Below, piece after piece: positions 52,879 through 61,757 of a stretch of 64,000 nucleotides of DNA (its first letter is position 1; the number at the start of each line of letters is the position of its first letter). This DNA comes from Vulcanimicrobiota bacterium. Its GTDB lineage: Bacteria > Vulcanimicrobiota > Xenobia > Xenobiales > QWHO01. Under the pieces are notes generated by a model. The model saw nothing but the letters and a program-made list of their open reading frames with translations. It searched no databases and was not told where the DNA came from. Made by a program: the position numbers and the translations under genes. The stretch is from contig JBDHVW010000039.1 in the NCBI GenBank assembly GCA_039809865.1, positions 1,758 to 65,757 of the forward strand, given 5' to 3'.

Positions 52879-55107
52879 ATGCGAGGGCTCTACCCGCTGG
52901 TGCTGACGGCCGTGGTGGTGGTCCTCTTCGCCCCCTTTTGGATGCAGGGGCGCGCTTTCGTCCCGGGCGACTTCCTCACCACCCTCTACCCCTGGCGAGC
53001 CGACGGCGTCAAAGTCCAGAACCCCGAGCCGTTCGACGTCGCCGTGTTCTTCTATCCGCAGGACGTGCTGCTCAACAAAGAGCTCAAGCAGGGCCGCCTG
53101 CCGCTCTGGAACCCGGCGATCTTCGCGGGTCACCCCTGGATCGCCAGCGGACAATCGGCCCAGCTCTACCCGCCGCGCCTTCTGCTGCACTGGCTGTTCA
53201 CCCCCGCCACCGCGCGCACGCTGGACCTGATGGTGCACCTCCTGGCGATGGGGCTCTGCACCTACTGGTTCCTGCGCGTGCGCGGCTTCGAGCCCCCCGC
53301 CGCGGGGATGGGCGGACTGGTCTTCATGCTGAACGCCTTCATGGCGACCTGGCTCGAGTTCGAGCACGTCCTGATCGTGGGCACGTTCACGGCCCTGATG
53401 CTGCTGGCGGTCGAGAAACGCAATCCTCTCATGCTGGCGATCTGCGGCGGCCTGGCTTTGCACGCCGGACACATCCAGTTCTGCCTCTACGTCGGCCCGC
53501 TGGTGGCCGCCTACGCGATGATGCGCCGGAAGGTCGACCTGGGCATGACGGTCGGCGCCGCCCTGGCGGTGGTGCTCAGTTTCCCCATCACGCTGCCGTT
53601 CTTGCAGCTCCAATCATTGTGCCAGCGCCCCCAGCTGCCCCTGCAGGACATGGCCGCCTCGTTGCCCAGCTATCTGCCCACGCTGCTCAGCCCGACGTTC
53701 TGGGGGCGGCCCCAGGAGCTGTTGCTGGACCGCGTCCCGGCCCACCTGATCTTCTCCGAGTTCGCCTGCTACATCGGGTTCATCCCGCTGCTGCTGGCGC
53801 TGTCGGCCGTCGGACGCAAATCGAGCGCCATGGAGCGCCGCGAGACGTTCTTCTGGGCCGCCATCGCCGTCGGCGCCCTGTGGGCCGCCAGTGCGACCTT
53901 TCCTTACCCCCTGCTGGCCCAGGGCTTTCTGGGTCGCCTCATTCCGGGGCGCGTGCTGATCGTCTTCGTCTTGGCCGGCGCGATGCTGGCGGCTCAGGGC
54001 TGCCAGGGGCTCGACCTCAAGCGCGTTCGCGCTCTGGGGGTCACCCTGCTGGCTGTCTGGATCGCCCTGGTGGCCTGGCTCCTCCACAATCCGCCCGGCA
54101 ACGTCAAGCTGCCGCCGCCCGACACGCCCGGCCTGCAGGAGCAGATCCCCGCGCTGCTCTCCCACACGCTGCTCACCGACCCGCAGACCTACATTCCCCT
54201 GCTGGCCGTCGGGCTGCTCTTCCTCTTTCCCCGCAAAATAGCCCTGGTCATCTTCACAGCGATCGACCTGTCGATTCTGGCAGTCGGCTATAATCCCACC
54301 AGCGCCGATCTCTATCCCGAGACCCCCGCGTTGAAGGTCGTCCAGAACCAGCCCGGGCGCACCGAAAAGACGCGGGCCGCCTTCTACAACACCCTGACCC
54401 CTTACGGCGCGAGGCTCGTCGGCGGCTACGAGTCGCTGTTCCCGGTGCGCTACTACCGGCTGCTCTGGACCGTGCAACCCGACGCGCCCCCGCCGATCCG
54501 CTCGCTGGCGCTGCAGACGTTCGACCATCCCATCCTGGACGCGCTCGGCCTGACCTGGCTGGTCGCCTTCCCGGGCACCGAAGCTCCGGGGCCCGCCTGG
54601 CAGCAGGTCTACACGGGCCCGGACGCCACCGTCTTTCGCAACACCCGCGCCATGCCCCGCGCCTGGGTGGTGGGGGAGGTGCAGCCTTTCACCGGCTACG
54701 AGCAGCTCCGCAGCTTCGAGCCGGCGCGCACGGCCACGGTGGAGGGCGCGCTCGAGCCCGTCCGGCCCGGTCCCGCGAGCGTCACCCTGACGACCGAAAC
54801 GACCGATTCGGTCGAACTGACCGCCCAACTCGACCAGCCCGGCCTGCTGGTGCTGGCGGACCAGTTCTACCCGGGCTGGGAGGCCACCGTGGACGGCCAG
54901 CCCAAACCCATCGTCTGCGCCGATGGCGCCCTGCGCGGCGTTTTCTTGCCCGCGGGCCGGCACGAAGTGCGCTTCGTCTTCCGCCCCGCGCCCTTCCGGA
55001 CGGGCGTCAGGCTGGCGCTGGGGGCTCTGGCGCTACTGCTCGTCTGGGCAGGCGTGCGGCGTTGGCGCGCACCCAGTCGCGCTGCGAATCCCGCATCCCC
55101 CGGCTGA
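52879..55107 (+). CDS. YfhO-like polytopic membrane protein (putative glycosyl-transfer/lipid-linked glycan related)
   Basis: About 13 TM helices. The C-terminal soluble block LVLADQFYPGWEATVDGQPKPIVCADGALRGVFLPAGRHEVRFVFRP is typical of YfhO-family proteins. Confidence 0.7.
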   Translation: MRGLYPLVLTAVVVVLFAPFWMQGRAFVPGDFLTTLYPWRADGVKVQNPEPFDVAVFFYPQDVLLNKELKQGRLPLWNPAIFAGHPWIASGQSAQLYPPRLLLHWLFTPATARTLDLMVHLLAMGLCTYWFLRVRGFEPPAAGMGGLVFMLNAFMATWLEFEHVLIVGTFTALMLLAVEKRNPLMLAICGGLALHAGHIQFCLYVGPLVAAYAMMRRKVDLGMTVGAALAVVLSFPITLPFLQLQSLCQRPQLPLQDMAASLPSYLPTLLSPTFWGRPQELLLDRVPAHLIFSEFACYIGFIPLLLALSAVGRKSSAMERRETFFWAAIAVGALWAASATFPYPLLAQGFLGRLIPGRVLIVFVLAGAMLAAQGCQGLDLKRVRALGVTLLAVWIALVAWLLHNPPGNVKLPPPDTPGLQEQIPALLSHTLLTDPQTYIPLLAVGLLFLFPRKIALVIFTAIDLSILAVGYNPTSADLYPETPALKVVQNQPGRTEKTRAAFYNTLTPYGARLVGGYESLFPVRYYRLLWTVQPDAPPPIRSLALQTFDHPILDALGLTWLVAFPGTEAPGPAWQQVYTGPDATVFRNTRAMPRAWVVGEVQPFTGYEQLRSFEPARTATVEGALEPVRPGPASVTLTTETTDSVELTAQLDQPGLLVLADQFYPGWEATVDGQPKPIVCADGALRGVFLPAGRHEVRFVFRPAPFRTGVRLALGALALLLVWAGVRRWRAPSRAANPASPG

Positions 55108-55780
55108 GCGCCTCGGCGTCGCTGAGGGCGATCGCCTCTTCCAGCTCGACCCCGCTCCACAGGCGCCAGCAGGCCACGAACAGGCCGGTGCGCCCCCGTC
55201 CGGCCCAGCAGTGGACCAGCGCCGGCCCGCGTTTCTCCACGACCTGGAGGAACTCCAGCACCTGGTCGAACGCGGGCGTGCCCTGGTCGGGCACGGGGAT
55301 GCAGTGGTAGTCCAGGCCCAGCTTTTCGCACAGCAGCTGACTCTGGTCGCTCTCCTCGCGCAGGTTCACCACCAGCTTCAGGTCCGCGAGCTCGGTCAGG
55401 TCGCCCTCGCGGGGCTGCGGCGAGCGGTAGAGCAGCGCGTCCACCTGCCGGGCGGGCACGCGCACGGGCGTGCGTCTCGGTTTCTCGGCGTATTCCAGCA
55501 GCAGCTCGCAGGCGGCCAGAAAGGCATCGACCTCGTCGGCCTTCGCCTCGCCCCTGACGTCGCGGGCAAGGAGCGCCTCGCCCTTGCGCCTCAAAGCTCG
55601 CCAGCCCTCGGACGGCAGCGGATGAGTGAGCACCTCCACCACGCGCCCCAGGCTGGCCACGTCGCCGGGCAGGTACTGTCCCAGGCGGAGGGCCAGCGAT
55701 TCCACCAGCTCGGGGTGCTGGTGCAGCTCCTGGCGGGCGTCCAGTCGTTGCTGCTTCTCCAGAATGCGGCTTACGTCCAC
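55007..55780 (-). CDS. Cysteine-dependent (dual-specificity/PTP-like) phosphatase
   Basis: P-loop VHCWAGRGRTG (C-x5-R-T). The start is uncertain (GTG 55780 proposed). The 3' end overlaps the yfhO-like gene by ~100 nt. Confidence 0.65.
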   Translation of the reverse strand: MDVSRILEKQQRLDARQELHQHPELVESLALRLGQYLPGDVASLGRVVEVLTHPLPSEGWRALRRKGEALLARDVRGEAKADEVDAFLAACELLLEYAEKPRRTPVRVPARQVDALLYRSPQPREGDLTELADLKLVVNLREESDQSQLLCEKLGLDYHCIPVPDQGTPAFDQVLEFLQVVEKRGPALVHCWAGRGRTGLFVACWRLWSGVELEEAIALSDAEALSRGMRDSQRDWVRANAARLPRRAVAPEPPAPA

Positions 55781-55807
55781 TCTCTCGAAGTTCGCCAGGG
55801 TAAAAAA

Positions 55808-56620
55808 ATGCCTCCCCCGAAGTTCGGTAGCTTGACCCTGCTCGAATCTCTCCCCGCTCCCCAGAGGCTGCACCAGAAAGCGCGCACCGAGCGCGCCCCC
55901 GGTTATCCCGAGCGCTTTCGCGTTCCGGATGACCGGGTGTCCTGGAAGGCAGCCTTTCCCACGTACGCGCCGCCCTTCTACGAGGATCCGCAGCTGGCGC
56001 GGAAGACCTACGCCGACCCGGCCTGGAGCCCCTCGCTGGACCGGTTCTTCAGCCTGGAGGGCACGCTCGAGCGCGACGCCGAGCAGAGGCCTCTCAACCC
56101 CTGGGGCCGCACCGGGCTGGCCGGACGCGGTCGTCTGGGGCGGCACGGAGCCAACTTCTCGGCCGACCCGATCGTGACGCGGGTGCGGGACGGGGTGCTC
56201 GAGGTCGTGCTCATCGAGCGGAAGGACTGTCGCCAGTGGGCCATTCCCGGGGGAATGGTCGACCAGGGCGAGGACTTCCGCCAGGCCGCCCATCGCGAGC
56301 TGCACGAGGAGACGGGGCTGACGCTCGACTTCTCGTCCGCGGTCGAGGTGGCCAGCGGCTACGTGGATGATCCGCGCAACACCGACCACGCCTGGATGGA
56401 GTCCAAAGCCTTCCACCTGCATCTGACCGAGGCCGAGCTCGCGCCCATCGGTGGCGACGATGCCGGCGACGCGGCCTGGGTGCGCGTGGATCGGGCCTTG
56501 ATGGACCGCCTCTACGCCAGCCACTGGATCAGCCTGGCACGCGCCGTGGCCAGCTTCGAGCGGCTCAGCGGTCGGCTGGTGGCCGGGGACGGTTCTTGTG
56601 GGCCACTCCCGCCAGGATGA
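55808..56620 (+). CDS. Nudix hydrolase, NUDT9-like ADP-ribose pyrophosphatase
   Basis: NPWGRTGLAGRGRLGRHGANFSADP is a NUDT9-type N-terminal block. Nudix box GGMVDQGEDFRQAAHRELHEETGL. Confidence 0.8.
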   Translation: MPPPKFGSLTLLESLPAPQRLHQKARTERAPGYPERFRVPDDRVSWKAAFPTYAPPFYEDPQLARKTYADPAWSPSLDRFFSLEGTLERDAEQRPLNPWGRTGLAGRGRLGRHGANFSADPIVTRVRDGVLEVVLIERKDCRQWAIPGGMVDQGEDFRQAAHRELHEETGLTLDFSSAVEVASGYVDDPRNTDHAWMESKAFHLHLTEAELAPIGGDDAGDAAWVRVDRALMDRLYASHWISLARAVASFERLSGRLVAGDGSCGPLPPG

Positions 56621-56834
56621 TGAGATAGGCGCACAGGCGGATGAGGTAAAGCTTGGGTTGCCCCTCGGTCCAACTGCCCAGGACCGAGACCAGGGTGCGG
56701 TTGATGGACTCGAGCACGAACGAGCAAGAGAAGAACAGGAACAGCGGGTCGCGCGTATCGCGCCAGTAGCGCCAGAAGAACATGGCGGCCACCAGGCAGG
56801 CCATGGCCACGGCCCCCAGGACGAAGTCGATCAT
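56565..56834 (-). CDS. Small 3-TM membrane protein (DUF5985-like), paralog 2
   Basis: 89 aa and hydrophobic. ATGA overlap with the upstream paralog. The family name is recalled from memory only. Confidence 0.55.
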   Translation of the reverse strand: MIDFVLGAVAMACLVAAMFFWRYWRDTRDPLFLFFSCSFVLESINRTLVSVLGSWTEGQPKLYLIRLCAYLIILAGVAHKNRPRPPADR

Positions 56835-57097
56835 GAGGCCTCCCGCTGGAAGATCAATCCGTAGAGCAGCAAGGTCATGCTGGCCAGCCCCGCCAGGGCG
56901 CGGGCCAGGCGCAGGTCGATGCCGGTGGGGAAGATGACCAGGTCAATCACAACCAGCACGTTGTTGAGGGTCAGGCCGAGGAAGCAAAGCCCGCTCCAAA
57001 AAAGCAGGGGAGCCCGGTTGGCGAGATAGCCCCGCAGCAACAGGATGGCGCAGGCCAGGGCGGTCAGGGCGCAGAGCGTATAGATGACACTGGCCAT
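56831..57097 (-). CDS. Small 3-TM membrane protein (DUF5985-like), paralog 1
   Basis: 88 aa with the same topology and R.Y...R.PLLF motif as its neighbour. It starts directly after the upstream TGA. Confidence 0.55.
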   Translation of the reverse strand: MASVIYTLCALTALACAILLLRGYLANRAPLLFWSGLCFLGLTLNNVLVVIDLVIFPTGIDLRLARALAGLASMTLLLYGLIFQREAS

Positions 57098-57484
57098 TCA
57101 GTCCTCCTTCCGAAAACGGAACACGTCGGCGAATTTTTGGGCGGCGGGCTTTTCCCGGGAGCGCTGGTGGATGAGCTGGGTGACGAGGATCAGCTTTTCG
57201 CGGTAGGCGTCGGCGAGCTGGTTGACCTGAGCCGCCAGCTCCGGAGTCTCGGGCTGGAACTGAATGCCGGTCCCGTTGACCGCGCACAGGCCCCGGGCGG
57301 CCAGCGCGTCCAGGACCGAGCCTGCCTCCTCCGGTTTGATGTAGAGATGGGCCGCCAGCTCGGTCGGGGTAAAGGAGTGTTCCTGGTTGCGCCGCATCAG
57401 CAAGAGCGCCTCGAGCTGCGCCACCGACTCGATTCGAGACAGGATCAGCTCTTGCACGGATTTGGGAAGCAGGGGCTCGCTCAC
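57098..57484 (-). CDS. Small soluble protein, probably winged-helix (MarR-like fold); first gene of a 3-gene operon
   Basis: SVAQLEALLLMRRNQEHSFTPTELAAHLYIKPEEAGSVLDALAARGL resembles a wHTH recognition region. Inference only. Confidence 0.45.
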   Translation of the reverse strand: MSEPLLPKSVQELILSRIESVAQLEALLLMRRNQEHSFTPTELAAHLYIKPEEAGSVLDALAARGLCAVNGTGIQFQPETPELAAQVNQLADAYREKLILVTQLIHQRSREKPAAQKFADVFRFRKED

Positions 57485-57531
57485 ATGAACGCCTTCCGCC
57501 CGCGGCCTGCGATCATTTTGGCGGGATCCGC

Positions 57532-59235
57532 ATGATTGTTGACGGTTTGCGCAGATTCGGCTTCTTTTCAGGCCGCAGCGGTATTCTGGCCGTGATGGGA
57601 TGGGATATTGTCGGTCCTCAGCTGGACCGCGCCATGGTCACGCGCCGCGCTTTCTCGCTAACGCCGCCGCTCGCGGTGGACAAAGTCACGCTGGGTCCGG
57701 TCGGCTGCGCCGCGGTAGCGGCCTGCCGCAGCGAGCATGATCGGGATCAGCTGATGCTCGCGTTCGAGGCCCTGCCAACGGGGCCCACCGTAGCCGCAGC
57801 CTTGCGGATGGCGTCCGGCAAGATGTCGCAAGAAGGCTATACCGCGGCCGCCGAGGCGGTCCTGGGCCAGACCGAGGGCCGGGTGGCCTCCACCGGAAAG
57901 GCCGTGCTGGACAGCGGCGTGGGCACGCCCGAGGAGCGCTGGAAGGTGGCCGACGCGTTCGTGGGCCAGCTCGACCAGGGCAACGTCTCGGGCGCCTTCA
58001 GCGCGGCCTCGCAAGCGAACCTGAGCTGGAATTCCTACAAGGCCTTCGTGGAAGTCGGATTTCGGCATTTGCAGGCTGAGCCGGCCGTGGCCGCCTATGC
58101 CCGGCTGAGCCTGGAAGTCACCGAGGCCTCGCACGAAAACGCGGGTAAGGTGGGACGTCAATTCATCCAGCACCTGGACGATCCCGGCACGATGGGCCAG
58201 CGGATGGCCGCGGGCCTGGTGGGGGCGGCCGACGAGGGCGTCCAGTGGGACAACTTTGGAGCCGCCTCGCGCAAGCTCTTCACGGCGCTCGAGCAGAACG
58301 CCGAGGCCCCTCCCGAGGAGCGCGACCTGGCCAGCGTGGCTCTAACGTGCCTGAAGGCTTTGCCCGATGACGAGCAGGGCGGGAAAGTTGCCTGGAGCTT
58401 CCTGAGCGAGCTCGAGGCAGGTCGCACGGACGCTCCCTCCCAGCGCCTGGCCCGCATCATGCTGGACGCCGCCGATCGCGGTATGAGCTGGGAAAGCTAC
58501 TCTCTGGCCGTGCGCGTGGGCGTGGACGCCCTGGAATCGGACGGCCCCGAGGGAATGCTCTTGGACAGCGCCCGCCGGGCCATGGATGCCTGCTCGGAGG
58601 CTTCCAACCGCGGCAAGATGGGCCGCTCGCTGATGAACATGCTGACCGCGCCGGTGGTCGACCCCGCTCCGGTCGTTTTGGGCCGCATGTTTCTGGCCGC
58701 CTCGGGAGAGAACATGCAGTGGGACAACTACGTCCCCGCGGCCTCGGCCGCCTTCGAGGCGCTGGTGCAGGGCACGTCGCCCCCCGAGCAGATGCTCTAC
58801 GCTCAGGTCGCCCGCGAGGCCCTGAGCGGCGGCTCCGACATCGTCGAGCAGGGCAAGATCGCCCGCGCGTTCATGCGCACGATGGCGGATGGGGGAGAGC
58901 TCGGTCCGTCCTTGCACGCGGCCTGTAAGCGCGCGGCGGATGAGAACCTCAGCTGGGACGGCTTCGAGAACGCCCTGGACAAGGGCTGTCACGCCCTGGT
59001 CGTGTCGGAGTTCGTCACCGACAAGGACAAGGCGGCGTTGACGGGACCGTTCAGCGGCCAGGTTCAGCAGCGCTGCCAGCAGCGAGCCGACGCGATGAAG
59101 GCCCTCGGCGAGCTGGTCGGGATTCGCGAGCAGCTGGAGAAGCTGCAGAATCGGCCCAGCTCGGATGGCATCGAAGTGACGAAGGAAAGGCTTACCGTAG
59201 GCGGGGTAAGGTTGAAGGTTCGCCGGGGGGAGTAG
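57532..59235 (+). CDS. Hypothetical alpha-repeat protein (five ~80-aa repeats marked by [LVM]-[SQ]-W-[NDE]-x-[YF])
   Basis: Repeat markers ANLSWNSY, EGVQWDNF, RGMSWESY, ENMQWDNY and ENLSWDGF. The C-terminus is ERLTVGGVRLKVRRGE. The start is uncertain (57532 or 57595). Confidence 0.6.
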   Translation: MIVDGLRRFGFFSGRSGILAVMGWDIVGPQLDRAMVTRRAFSLTPPLAVDKVTLGPVGCAAVAACRSEHDRDQLMLAFEALPTGPTVAAALRMASGKMSQEGYTAAAEAVLGQTEGRVASTGKAVLDSGVGTPEERWKVADAFVGQLDQGNVSGAFSAASQANLSWNSYKAFVEVGFRHLQAEPAVAAYARLSLEVTEASHENAGKVGRQFIQHLDDPGTMGQRMAAGLVGAADEGVQWDNFGAASRKLFTALEQNAEAPPEERDLASVALTCLKALPDDEQGGKVAWSFLSELEAGRTDAPSQRLARIMLDAADRGMSWESYSLAVRVGVDALESDGPEGMLLDSARRAMDACSEASNRGKMGRSLMNMLTAPVVDPAPVVLGRMFLAASGENMQWDNYVPAASAAFEALVQGTSPPEQMLYAQVAREALSGGSDIVEQGKIARAFMRTMADGGELGPSLHAACKRAADENLSWDGFENALDKGCHALVVSEFVTDKDKAALTGPFSGQVQQRCQQRADAMKALGELVGIREQLEKLQNRPSSDGIEVTKERLTVGGVRLKVRRGE

Positions 59236-59245
59236 GCGGTGAGGC

Positions 59246-61696
59246 TCACGCCACGACGATGTTCAGCAACTTCCCGGGCACCGCGATCACCTTTTTGACC
59301 TCTTTGCCTTCCAGCGCGGAAGCCACCTTTTCCAGCGCGCGCGCCTTGGCTTCGATGGTCTTGGCGTCGTCCGAGGCCGGCACGGTCAGCTTGTCGCGCA
59401 CCTTTCCGTTGACCTGGACCACGATCTCGAGCGTGTTCTCGACCAGGTAGGCCTCGTCCCACAACGGCCAGGCGGCCAGGGGCTGCTCGAACAGAGAGCC
59501 CTCGGTGGAAAGCCGGCTCCACAGCTCCTCGGCGTGGAACGGCGCGATAGGAGCCATCAAGATCAGGTAGGTCTTGATGGTCTCCATCGCAATCGACTCG
59601 GCATCAGCGCGCTTCCGCTCGATCAAGTAGTTCAACCACTCCATCAGGGCCGCCACGCTCGTGTTGAGGTGGAGACGCTCGATGTCTTCGGTAATCTTCT
59701 TGATCGACTTGTGGGTCCAGCGCAAAAGGTCGGGATCGGTCTCCGCGCCCGGCTTGAACCCGTGCCCCCCGATCAGGGTCCACACGCGTTTGAGCCAGCG
59801 CGAGACGCCCTCGATGCCGGAGTCGCCCCACTCGGCGTCCACCTCGGGCGGGCCGATGAAGAGCTCGTAAGCGCGCAGGGCATCGGTGCCGTAGCGCTCG
59901 ACGAGGTTGTCGGGGGCCACCACGTTGCCCTTGGACTTGGACATCTTCTCGGAGCGCCCGGAGTTGCCCTTACGGCAAATCATGCCCTGGTTGAACAGGC
60001 GCTTGAACGGCTCCTTGAAGTTGACCCACCCGCAATCGAACAACACCTTGGTGTAGAAGCGCGAGTAGAGCAGGTGCAGCACGGCATGCTCGATGCCGCC
60101 CACGTACATGTCCACGGGGAGCCACTCCTTCATCTCCTCCTGGGTCCACGGGACGTCGTCGTTGTGCGGCGAGACGTAGCGCAGGTAGTACCACGAGGAG
60201 CAGATCCACTGGCTCAAGGTGTCGGTATCGCGGCGCGCTTCGCCCCCGCACTGGGGGCAATCGACCTTGACCCAGTCGGGGAGGGTGGCCAGCGGCGATT
60301 CCCCGGTACCCGAAGGCTGGTAGCTCTCGACGTGCGGCAGCCTTACCGGGAGGTCGCTCTCGGGCACCGGCACCTCGTGACACTTGGGACAGTGGATCAT
60401 CGGGATGGGCGCGCCCCAGTAGCGCTGGCGCGAGATGAGCCAGTCGCGCAGGCGATAGTTGACCTTCTTGACCCCCAGGCCTTTGGCTTCCAGGTCGGCG
60501 GTGATCCTGGCCTTGCCCTCGTCGGACATCATCCCGTTGTAGGACCCCGAGTTGACCATCTTGCCGACGCCCACGTAAGCCTCGTCGCCGGGCCAGTCGG
60601 GAGGCGTCTCGATCACGTCGATGATGGGCAGATCGAACGTTTTGGCGAACTCCCAATCGCGCGTGTCGTGGGCCGGGACGGCCATGATGGCGCCCGTGCC
60701 ATAGGTGATCAGCACATAGTCCGAGAGCCAGATCGGGATCTTTTCCCCGTTGACCGGGTTGACCGCGAAGCCGCCCGTGAAAACGCCCGTCTTCTCTTTG
60801 TTCTCCTGGCGCTCGACCTCGCTGCGTGAGCGCGTCATCGCGACGTACTCGTCCACGGCGGACTTCTGCTCGGCGGAGGTGATCTTTTCCACCAGCGGAT
60901 GCTCGGGAGCCATCACCATGTAGGTCGCGCCATAGAGCGTGTCGGGGCGCGTCGTGAAGATGCGCAGCTTCTCGCCGGTGCCGACCACCTCGAAGTCGAC
61001 CTCGGCGCCCTCACTGCGGCCGATCCAGTCGGACTGCATCTTCTTGACCTTCTCGGGCCAGTCGAGGTCCTCCAGATCGTCGATCAAACGCTGGCTGTAG
61101 TCGGTGATCTTGTAGTACCACTGGGGCAGAAACTTCTTCGTGACGACGGTTCCGCAGCGCTCGCACTCGCCGTCCACCACCTCCTCGTCGGCCAGGCCCG
61201 TGCGGCACGAGGGGCACCAGTTGATCGAGGCGGGCTTGCGATAGGCGAGGCCGCGATTGTAGAGCTGGAGGAACGTCCACTGGGTCCACTTGTAGTATTC
61301 AGGGGAGGACGAGTTGATCTCGCGGTCCCAGTCATACATCGCGCCGATCTCCTGGAGCTGGCGCTTCATGTTGGCGCAGGAGCGTTTGGTATAAGCCTCG
61401 GGATGGTCGCCGTGCTTGATGGCCGCGTTCTCGGCCGGCAGGCCGAAGGCGTCCCAACCCATCGGGTGGAGCACATTGAAGCCTTTCAGGACCATGTAGC
61501 GGCTCCACACGTCGGAAAGGACGTAGCCGCGCCAGTGCCCCACGTGCAGCCCCTCACCGGAGGGGTAGGGGAACATGTCCAGGCAGTAGTAGTTGGGCTT
61601 GCCGGGACGGAACTTGGCTTTGTGCAGCTCGTGCTTCTCCCAGTAGGCTTTCCACTTGGATTCGATCTCTTTGAGGTTGTACTCGACGGCCATCAT
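59246..61696 (-). CDS. leuS: Leucine--tRNA ligase
   Basis: FPYPSGEGLHVGH (HIGH motif), KMSKSKGN (KMSKS motif), and the CP1 editing domain. Length 816 aa. Confidence 0.97.
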   Translation of the reverse strand: MMAVEYNLKEIESKWKAYWEKHELHKAKFRPGKPNYYCLDMFPYPSGEGLHVGHWRGYVLSDVWSRYMVLKGFNVLHPMGWDAFGLPAENAAIKHGDHPEAYTKRSCANMKRQLQEIGAMYDWDREINSSSPEYYKWTQWTFLQLYNRGLAYRKPASINWCPSCRTGLADEEVVDGECERCGTVVTKKFLPQWYYKITDYSQRLIDDLEDLDWPEKVKKMQSDWIGRSEGAEVDFEVVGTGEKLRIFTTRPDTLYGATYMVMAPEHPLVEKITSAEQKSAVDEYVAMTRSRSEVERQENKEKTGVFTGGFAVNPVNGEKIPIWLSDYVLITYGTGAIMAVPAHDTRDWEFAKTFDLPIIDVIETPPDWPGDEAYVGVGKMVNSGSYNGMMSDEGKARITADLEAKGLGVKKVNYRLRDWLISRQRYWGAPIPMIHCPKCHEVPVPESDLPVRLPHVESYQPSGTGESPLATLPDWVKVDCPQCGGEARRDTDTLSQWICSSWYYLRYVSPHNDDVPWTQEEMKEWLPVDMYVGGIEHAVLHLLYSRFYTKVLFDCGWVNFKEPFKRLFNQGMICRKGNSGRSEKMSKSKGNVVAPDNLVERYGTDALRAYELFIGPPEVDAEWGDSGIEGVSRWLKRVWTLIGGHGFKPGAETDPDLLRWTHKSIKKITEDIERLHLNTSVAALMEWLNYLIERKRADAESIAMETIKTYLILMAPIAPFHAEELWSRLSTEGSLFEQPLAAWPLWDEAYLVENTLEIVVQVNGKVRDKLTVPASDDAKTIEAKARALEKVASALEGKEVKKVIAVPGKLLNIVVA

Positions 61697-61757
61697 AGCC
61701 CGTCAACTTCCGGGACGAGAAGCAGGTTCCTACCTGGCCTATCCGAAAATCCGCCCC

